Source: an uncultured Candidatus Rokubacteria bacterium
GTDB taxonomy: Bacteria; Methylomirabilota; Methylomirabilia; Rokubacteriales; CSP1-6
Assembly: GCA_963758635.1 (NCBI GenBank)
Contig: CAVWWD010000003.1
Span: 768,001-832,000, forward strand
Reading direction: 5' to 3'
Length of the DNA stretch: 64,000 nt
Position 1 is the stretch's first letter. Each line of letters starts with the position of its first letter. A program made the position numbers and the translations under genes. Below the pieces are notes generated by a model. The model was not told the origin of the DNA, did not search any database, and saw only the letters and a program-made list of their open reading frames with translations. This document shows, one piece after another, positions 57,252 to 64,000 of the stretch.

Positions 57252-58537
57252 CGCGGTCCTTCGAGCGCTCGCTCGAGATGCTGGCCCGCGCGCGAGCGGG
57301 TCGTGCCCGGCGCCTCGCAGACCCTGAGCAAGGGCCCGGCGATGTTCGTGGAGGGCGCGTATCCCGTGTTCCTCCAGCGCGGCCGGGGCTGCCGCGTGTG
57401 GGACGTGGACGGCAACGAGTACGTCGACTACATCCTGGGCCTCGCGTCGATCACGCTCGGCTACGCGTACCCGGCGATCACCGAGGCGGTGGCGCGCCAG
57501 GTCGCCGAGGGCAGCATCTTCTCGCTGCCGCACCCGCTGGAGGTCGAGGTGGCCGAGCGCCTCACCGAGGTCATCCCGTGCGCGGAGATGGCGCGCTTCG
57601 TGAAGACGGGCTCGGAGGCGGACGCCGCCGCCGTCCGCATCGCGCGCGCGGCCACCGGCCGCGAGCGAATCGTCTGTCTGCGGCTACCACGGCTGGCTGG
57701 ACTGGCACGCGATCACCACGCCGCGCGCGAAGGGCATCCCGAAGGACTTCGCGCGGTTCGTCGCGCCCTTCGCCTACAACGACCTGGACTCGCTGGAGGC
57801 CGCGCTGGACGAGCACCGCGGGCAGGTGGCCGCCGTCATCATGGAGCCCGTGCTGCTGGACGAGCCGCGCCCGGGCTTCCTCGCCGGGGTCAAGGCCGCC
57901 GCGCACCGGCACGGCGCGCTCCTCATCTTCGACGAGATCGTGTCGGGCTTCCGCTGGGCGGTGGGCGGCGCGCAGGAGCGCTTCGGCGTGGCGCCGGACC
58001 TCGCCACGTTCGGCAAGGGCATGGCCAACGGCCTGCCCGCTCGCCGCGGTGGTGGGCCGGCGCGAGCTCATGCGCGAGTTCGACGAGGTGTTCGTGTCGA
58101 GCACGTTCGGCGGCGACACGCTGGCCCTCGCCGCGTGCCGCGCCACGCTCGACGAGTACGCGCGCCAGCCCGTGATCGCGCGCCTGTGGGAGATGGGCCG
58201 GCGGTTCCAGGACGGCTTCCGGGCCATCGCGGCGCGGCTCGGCGTGCCCGCCCGCTGCGTCGGCTATCCCGTGCATCCGAAGATCGTCATCGACCACGAG
58301 AGCGAGCGCGTCCAGCGACTGCTGACGAGCCTCTTCCTCCAGGAGACGGCCGAGCGCGGCGTCATCTTCCACTTCGCCGGCTTCAACGTCTCGTTCTCCC
58401 ACACGGAGGCGAACGTCGACGCGAGCCTCGAGGCCTGCGCGGGCGCGCTCGCCGTGGTGGGCGAGGCGATGGCCGACGGCCGCGTGGCCGAGCGCCTCCG
58501 CGGCCAGCCCTACCAGGAGGCGTTCCGCCGCTCGTGA
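57248..58537 (+). CDS. Class III PLP aminotransferase (GSA aminomutase-like); frameshifts
   Basis: PGASQTLSK, DVDGNEYVDY, KTGSEA, YHGW, IFDEIVSGFR, PDLATFGKGMANG, SSTFGG. Confidence 0.88.
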   Translation: MTRSFERSLEMLARARAGRARRLADPEQGPGDVRGGRVSRVPPARPGLPRVGRGRQRVRRLHPGPRVDHARLRVPGDHRGGGAPGRRGQHLLAAAPAGGRGGRAPHRGHPVRGDGALREDGLGGGRRRRPHRARGHRPRANRLSAATTAGWTGTRSPRRARRASRRTSRGSSRPSPTTTWTRWRPRWTSTAGRWPPSSWSPCCWTSRARASSPGSRPPRTGTARSSSSTRSCRASAGRWAARRSASAWRRTSPRSARAWPTACPLAAVVGRRELMREFDEVFVSSTFGGDTLALAACRATLDEYARQPVIARLWEMGRRFQDGFRAIAARLGVPARCVGYPVHPKIVIDHESERVQRLLTSLFLQETAERGVIFHFAGFNVSFSHTEANVDASLEACAGALAVVGEAMADGRVAERLRGQPYQEAFRRS

Positions 58538-59721
58538 CGCGCATCGCGTTCCTGATCAAGCGGAAGAACTACTACCGCGTGCTCGGCGCCGTGGTGGAGG
58601 AGGCGCTCCGCCGCGGGTGGGCGGTGGAGTGCTGGCACGACCACGCCCAGGCGCGCGACGGGTGGAAGGGGCACGAGTTCCCCGACCACGTTCCCGCGTT
58701 CGCCGCCGGCGCTCCGCGGGTGATCCCGTTCCAGGGAACGTCCGAGCTCGCCGAGCGCTTCGAGGTGGACCCGCCCGACGCCGTGGTCTGCGTGGACCCG
58801 CCCGAGCCCGAGGTGGCGGCGGTGACGAAGGCGCGCTGGTTCTGGCTCCAGTTCGCCGCGGACCTCGTGCTCCATCCCCACGCGCCGCGCGGGCTGCGCG
58901 ACGCCACCGCGGTGGGCGTGTACAGCCCCTGGTGGACGCGGCGCCTCCGCCGGAACTTCAGCGAGGACCTGGGCGCAGCGAGCATCCGCGACAAGGCGGT
59001 GCCGGTCGGCATGCCCATGCTCGACCTGGTCGCAGGGATCGATCCGGACAAGGTGCGCTGGACGTACGGGCTGCCGTGCGACCGTCCGCTCGTCCTCTAC
59101 CTCCCGTACCCGATCCTCTCCACGGAGCCGCGCCCGTGGCTGCGGCGGGCCGTCGGCGGCTGGACGCGCGCGGCGCGCGCCGTCAACCGCCGCCTCCGCC
59201 CGCCCCGGACGGACCGGCGCATCGTGGAGGCGCTCTCCGCGTTCTGCGCGCGTCAGGGCGCCGCCCTCGTGGTGAAGGGACGGATCAAGGACCCGAGCCC
59301 GCCCTATCTCAAGCGCGCCGCGGACGCCCACTTCGAGGACCAGCCCTACCACCCACCGGTGATCCTCGAGCTGCTGCGCTGCGCCTCGCTCTCCGTGCAC
59401 TACTACAGCACCGCCGTGCTGGAGTCCGTCTACGCGGGCGTGCCGAGCCTCTGCCTCGGCCCCGAGCCGCGCGACATGGGCCTCGACCGCGGCAACGCCA
59501 CGCTGATCCACAACGGGCGGCCGGGCGGGATCTACAACTGGGCGGGCGCCGCGCACTGGCGGCCCCTCGCCGAGGCCGCCGACGTGCTCGGCCGCTCCCG
59601 CCTTGCCGACTTCCCGTTGGAGGCCGAGGCCCGGCGCCGCTACGTGGCGGAGTTCCTCGGCCCAGACGACGGGCGCGCTTCCGTGCGCTTCCTGGACCTC
59701 GTGGCCGATCGGCTGGCCTGA
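58534..59721 (+). CDS. Hypothetical protein, possible GT-B fold nonulosonate/capsule transferase
   Basis: GTGA-coupled in the glycan cluster; VGMPMLD, VHYYSTAVLESVYAGVPSL, DGRASVRFLD resemble GT-B C-terminal motifs. Confidence 0.6.
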   Translation: MTRIAFLIKRKNYYRVLGAVVEEALRRGWAVECWHDHAQARDGWKGHEFPDHVPAFAAGAPRVIPFQGTSELAERFEVDPPDAVVCVDPPEPEVAAVTKARWFWLQFAADLVLHPHAPRGLRDATAVGVYSPWWTRRLRRNFSEDLGAASIRDKAVPVGMPMLDLVAGIDPDKVRWTYGLPCDRPLVLYLPYPILSTEPRPWLRRAVGGWTRAARAVNRRLRPPRTDRRIVEALSAFCARQGAALVVKGRIKDPSPPYLKRAADAHFEDQPYHPPVILELLRCASLSVHYYSTAVLESVYAGVPSLCLGPEPRDMGLDRGNATLIHNGRPGGIYNWAGAAHWRPLAEAADVLGRSRLADFPLEAEARRRYVAEFLGPDDGRASVRFLDLVADRLA

Positions 59722-59882
59722 GGCGGGTGAGATGGACGGGCGCTCCTGCGTCGGCGTCGGGATCGTGAATGAACGGCGAAGCGGCACGCCGCGTGTCCGC
59801 AGAATCGCGATGTTGGCCCGCTCGCTGAAGCCGAGAGCCGCGTTCCTTCACAACCTCGTCGGGCGGGTCTGAGGGGCGGCGG

Positions 59883-60650
59883 ATGCACTGGCGGGACCTC
59901 GTGTGCCGGCGGCGCCTGCAGCTCCTCGACCGCGTCGGGCTCAACCGGGGCTGGCTCCGCGAGCTCTCGGGCTACTACCGCGGCATGACCGAGCAGGAGT
60001 TCTGGGTCCGCTACACGCTGGGCCGCATGGATGCGGCCACGCTGTGGGAGCGGAAGCCGCGCACGTCGGAGGCGGACTACCGGTCGTTCTACGCGGAGAG
60101 CGACTACTGGGTGCTCCGGCAGATGTACTACCACCGCGCGAGCTGCTTCCACTGGATCGCGCGGACGCTCGCCGCCGCCTCCACCGCGGGCGACTTCTGC
60201 GAGTACGGCTGCGGCGTGGCCCCCGTCACCGCGTGGCTCCGCCCGCGCTTTCCCGGCTGGCGCTATACCCTCGTCGACGTGCCGTCGGCCATGCTCGAGT
60301 TCGCGCGCTGGCGCTTCCGGGGCGTGGCGTCGGTGGACGCTGCGGCGCCCGGGCTCGGCGCCGACCTGCCGCTGGCGCGCGCCTACGACGCCATCGCGTG
60401 CCTCGAGGTGCTGGAGCACGTGGTGAGCCCGCTCACCGTGGTGCGGCACCTCGTGGACCACCTGAAGCCGGGCGGCGCGCTGTTCCTGAACTTCGTCGAC
60501 GAGGCGGGAGGCGACGAGAACCTCGCCGAGGCGGCGGCGGAGCGCTCGGCCACCATCGAGTACCTGAACGCGACGCTCGAGGGCGTCACGCCGCTCGCCA
60601 TCCGGGGCGCCGACGTGATCCACGGCCACTATGTCAAGCCGCGCCGCTGA
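59883..60650 (+). CDS. Class I SAM methyltransferase
   Basis: EYGCGVAP, CLEVLEHV, LKPGG. Confidence 0.8.
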   Translation: MHWRDLVCRRRLQLLDRVGLNRGWLRELSGYYRGMTEQEFWVRYTLGRMDAATLWERKPRTSEADYRSFYAESDYWVLRQMYYHRASCFHWIARTLAAASTAGDFCEYGCGVAPVTAWLRPRFPGWRYTLVDVPSAMLEFARWRFRGVASVDAAAPGLGADLPLARAYDAIACLEVLEHVVSPLTVVRHLVDHLKPGGALFLNFVDEAGGDENLAEAAAERSATIEYLNATLEGVTPLAIRGADVIHGHYVKPRR

Positions 60651-61428
60651 GACGCCCGCCGCGCCGGCCCTGGCCGGCCGCCTCGAGGCGTACTACACCC
60701 GCTACTACCGGGACGCCCTCGGCATTCCCGGCTGGCGCGAGCTCGTGGCGGTGCGCCTCGACGACCTCGCGTACGAGGGACAGCGGCTGGCCCGGCTCGA
60801 GGCCGCCATCGAGCGCACGGTCGACGGGCTCGCGGTGCTGAACGTCGGCTGCGGGACGGGCGGCTTCAACGCGGTCGCCGCGAAGGCCGGCGCCGCCGTC
60901 TGCGGGGTGGATCCCTCCGGCGAGGCCGTGGCGATCGCCGCGGCGCGGCTTCCCGGCGGGGTGCTGCGCGCCGCCGCCGAGGACCTTCCGTTCGCGGACG
61001 CGAGCTTCGACCTCGTGTACTGCTACTCCACGCTCGAGCACGTGGCCGACGCGCGGCGCGCGACGTCCGAGATGGTCCGCGTGCTCCGGCCCGGCGGCCT
61101 CGTCTACCTGCACACGCCGAGCCGCTGGGGCTGCTTCGAGACGCATTACAAGGTGCTCTGGCTCCCCGGGCTGCCCGCCGCCGCGCAGGCGGCCTACCTG
61201 CGCCTTCGCCGCCGGCCCACCGCGTTCCTCGGCACGCTCCGGCTCTCGTCCCTCGCCGAGTGCCGCGGGCTCCTCGCCGGCGCGGGCGCGCGCGTCGTCC
61301 GCGTCCTCGACGACGGCGCGCGCCGGCCGGTCCCGACCCGAGCGTGGCCGCTCATCCGCGCCTACTACCGGCTCTCCGGCGTCCAGCCCCACGTGGAGCT
61401 GGTCGCGGTGAAGGGCGCGCGCGCGTGA
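60631..61428 (+). CDS. Class I SAM methyltransferase
   Basis: VLNVGCGTG, AEDLPFADASFDLV, LEHV, RVLRPGG. Confidence 0.88.
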   Translation: MSSRAAETPAAPALAGRLEAYYTRYYRDALGIPGWRELVAVRLDDLAYEGQRLARLEAAIERTVDGLAVLNVGCGTGGFNAVAAKAGAAVCGVDPSGEAVAIAAARLPGGVLRAAAEDLPFADASFDLVYCYSTLEHVADARRATSEMVRVLRPGGLVYLHTPSRWGCFETHYKVLWLPGLPAAAQAAYLRLRRRPTAFLGTLRLSSLAECRGLLAGAGARVVRVLDDGARRPVPTRAWPLIRAYYRLSGVQPHVELVAVKGARA

Positions 61429-62570
61429 GGATCTGCTCTCCCCACTGCGGCATCGACCCGGGCACCAACTCCGGCGGGGAGACCTACGAGCGCGAGCTGC
61501 TCCGGCACCTGGCCGCGCGCGGCCACGTCATCGACATCATGCTGGCGCGCCACAAGCGCCACCCGGAGGGCGTGCGGAACTGGGCCATCCACCGGCTCCC
61601 CATCGGGCGGGGCCTGGTGTGGCCGGTGGCGATGGCGCTCCTGCCCCCGCTGATCGCGCGCCTGCACGCGCGCACGCGCTTCGACCTCCTGCGCGCGCAC
61701 TCGCTGCGCTTCATCGGGCCCGCCGCCCTCATCGCGCGGCGGCGCTACCGGCTGCCCGTGCCCGTCGTGGCCCACCATCACCACCTGGACCCGGACCGGC
61801 TGAACCGGCTGATCGAGGCGCGGGTGATGCGCGCGGCCGAGCGCGTGGTGGTGGGCAGCGAGTTCGCGCGCCGGCAGGCCGCGGCGGAGCTGTCCGTGGC
61901 GCCGGAGCGCTTCGCGGTGGTGCCGTACGGGGTGGACCCCCGCTTCCAGCGCGGGCCGCGCCCGGAGCGGCTCGTCGCGCGCCACGGGCTCGGGGGCAAG
62001 CTCGTCACGCTCTACCTGGGCGGGCTGAAGGAGCGGAAGAACCTCTTCTTCCTCCTCGACTGCTGGGCGGACGTGGCGCGCGAGCGCCCCGACGCCCACC
62101 TGCTGGTGGCCGGGTCCGGGCCGCTCGGCCAGCGCCTCACGCGCCACGCGGCGGGCCTGGGCCTCGAGGGGCGCGTCACCTTCGCCGGCTACGTGGCGGA
62201 GGAGGAGAAGGTCGACTACTACAACGTGGCCGACGCGTTCTTCTTCCCCTCCGCCATGGAAGGCTTCGGCCTCACCGTGGCCGAGGCGATGTCGTGCGGC
62301 GTGCCGGTGGTGGCGTCGAACCGCGGCTCGCTGCCCGAGGTGGTGGACGACGGCGAGAGCGGCCTCCTCGGCGACCCGGAGGACCGCGGCGACATGGCCG
62401 GCAAGCTCGCGCTCCTGCTCTCCGACCCGGCGCTGCGCGCCAAGCTCGGGGCCGCCGGCCGCGCGCGCGTCGAGCGCGACTTCCGGTGGGAGCGCTGCGC
62501 CGAGGCGACCGCGCGGGTGTACGAGGACGTGCTGGATGACTGGCGGAGCCGTCGCGCTCAGGCTGGATGA
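61425..62570 (+). CDS. Glycosyltransferase family 4
   Basis: SGGETY, VPYGVD, ERKN, PSAMEGFGLTVAEAMSCGVPVV. Confidence 0.92.
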   Translation: MRICSPHCGIDPGTNSGGETYERELLRHLAARGHVIDIMLARHKRHPEGVRNWAIHRLPIGRGLVWPVAMALLPPLIARLHARTRFDLLRAHSLRFIGPAALIARRRYRLPVPVVAHHHHLDPDRLNRLIEARVMRAAERVVVGSEFARRQAAAELSVAPERFAVVPYGVDPRFQRGPRPERLVARHGLGGKLVTLYLGGLKERKNLFFLLDCWADVARERPDAHLLVAGSGPLGQRLTRHAAGLGLEGRVTFAGYVAEEEKVDYYNVADAFFFPSAMEGFGLTVAEAMSCGVPVVASNRGSLPEVVDDGESGLLGDPEDRGDMAGKLALLLSDPALRAKLGAAGRARVERDFRWERCAEATARVYEDVLDDWRSRRAQAG

Positions 62571-63328
62571 CGTCGGCGCGGCGTCCAAGCGCCACGAGGT
62601 CTACGGCCGGACCCGCATCCCGCTGGGCCCGCTCAGCCTGCCGTTTCCCGGGAACTTCCTTTTCCTGAAATACTGGCCGCCGATCCGCCGCTGGGGGCCG
62701 TACGCGGAGCTGACCGCCGCGGACTGGGAGCGCATCATCGCGGCGCTGGAGTCGGCGGGGGCGCGGATGACGGTGGGCGTGACCGCGGGCTGGGTCGAGC
62801 GCGACGGCCGCGTCGTGCCGTTTCCGGAGAAGTTCCCCGACGCGGCGGCCGCGCTGCGCGAGGGCGCGCGGTCCGGCCGCGTCGAGGTGGCCAACCACGG
62901 CTACACGCACTGCGTGCTCCAGGACGGCCTCTTCCGGCCGCGGCTCTTCGCGGGCAACCGGCAGTTCCACCGCGAGTTCTTCGACTGGCTGCCGGAGGCG
63001 ACGCACCGGGAGCACCTCCGTCGCGCGCAGGGCATCCTCGAGGGCTACTTCGGCGCTCCGGTGGTGACGCTGGTCCCGCCCGGCAACGTCTTCTCGTTGA
63101 AGACCCTGGCCGCGGCGGCGTCCGTGGGCCTGCGTCACGTCTCGTGCCGCGACGTGGCGCGGCTCGGCGCCTTCGAGGGCCTGACGCTCGTCGACGACGA
63201 GCGGGTGATCGCGCTGCACGACCGCGACGTGGTGCTCGGCGGCGTCGGCGCGCTCACGCGCGTGCTCGCGCGGGGCGCCCGCCGGCGGGCTCGTGACGGT
63301 GCGCGAGATCGCGGAGGCGGCCGCGTGA
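62536..63328 (+). CDS. Polysaccharide deacetylase-like (DUF2334-type) protein; frameshift near 63280
   Basis: Manual translation: MTGGAVALRLDDVG, EVANHGYTH, VPPGN, LHDRD; shifted tail LVTVREIAEAAA*. Confidence 0.8.
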
Positions 63329-63346
63329 GCGACCTGGGCGACTCCA

Positions 63347-63602
63347 TTCGTGCGCTCATTCCAGGGGCGGCGGGTGGGGGCCCGGGGTCGCGGGGCGACG
63401 TCGCACGCGTGCGCTGCCCCGCTGGGACTGGGCTCCATCCGGGCGCGCTGGGTACGACGCCGGTTGGAGGGGAAGCACCCCTCGACCCCGGGCCCCCACC
63501 CACCGCCTCTGCAAGCGCGCTGTTGACTGCGGGATCGGATGACGCACGGGGGTGCCTCGCGACGCCGGGCCTCCACCCGCCGCCCCTGAATGAGCGCATG
63601 AA
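63347..63602 (+). repeat. Structured repeat, copy 2, with additional ~38-bp terminal inverted repeats (MITE-like)
   Basis: Stem 63366-63395/63478-63507; 63347-63385 is near-complementary to 63565-63602; core homologous to 35735-35876. Confidence 0.85.
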
Positions 63603-63624
63603 CGTAGCGCACGGGAGCGCGCGC

Positions 63625-64000
63625 GTGAGGATCTGCCTCGTCAACGAGTACTTCCCGCCGTGGGCGCCCGGCGGCGCGGAGTGGAGCGCCGAGGCCCTGG
63701 CCCGCGGCCTCGCCGGGCGCGGCCACCAGGTCGTGGTCGTGACGCCGAACTACGGCGGGCCCGCCCGGGAGGAGCGGGACGGCTTCCGCATCGTGAGGTT
63801 CCCGTTCCCGCTGAAGCGCCCGCCGGGGCGGGCGACGGTGCCGTCGAAGTGGCTCGCCAACCCCCTCTTCTACCGCTACGCCGCGTTCTGGATCCGGCGG
63901 ATCGTCGCGCGCGAGGGCGCTGACGTGATCCACGTCCAGAACAAGCACACGCTGATCCCCGGCGCGCGGGCGGGCCGGGCCCTCGGCGTGCCCGGTGATC
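63625..64000 (+). CDS. Glycosyltransferase family 4, N-terminal part (runs off window)
   Basis: MRICLVNEYFPPWAPGGAEWS..LARGLAGRGHQVVVVTP..DVIHVQN. Confidence 0.85.
   Translation, partial: MRICLVNEYFPPWAPGGAEWSAEALARGLAGRGHQVVVVTPNYGGPAREERDGFRIVRFPFPLKRPPGRATVPSKWLANPLFYRYAAFWIRRIVAREGADVIHVQNKHTLIPGARAGRALGVPGD

Overview
Very GC-rich bacterial DNA. The gene content (many ABC/TRAP solute-binding proteins, LLM oxidoreductases, amidohydrolases, PhyH dioxygenases) suggests an uncultured soil lineage such as Ca. Rokubacteria/Methylomirabilota; this is inference only. Scattered 1-nt indels break many otherwise intact genes, consistent with an unpolished long-read assembly. Layout: 1-20 kb transport and catabolism (two peptide-type ABC systems, MlrC/M81 peptidase, vapBC, amidase, a terephthalate-dioxygenase-like Rieske alpha/beta pair); 20-29 kb an island of tailoring enzymes (GNAT, two B12-binding radical SAMs, PhyH dioxygenase, 538-aa ORFan) around an orphan mini-spike + PAAR + methyltransferase cassette, with no other T6SS/eCIS genes in the window; 29-46 kb mixed metabolism (BVMO, GT39, DEAD-box helicase, TAXI-TRAP, carotenoid oxygenase, DinB, Eda); 46.6-64 kb a surface-polysaccharide cluster with a pseudaminic/nonulosonic acid pathway. 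Non-coding highlights: a 248-bp transposase-less element with TGT...ACA ends and a perfect 15-bp target-site duplication, a two-copy ~160-nt structured repeat with compensatory stem changes, REP-like palindromes, and several leaderless-type promoters. No rRNA, tRNA or CRISPR array was seen. Family assignments come from motif recognition, not database searches.
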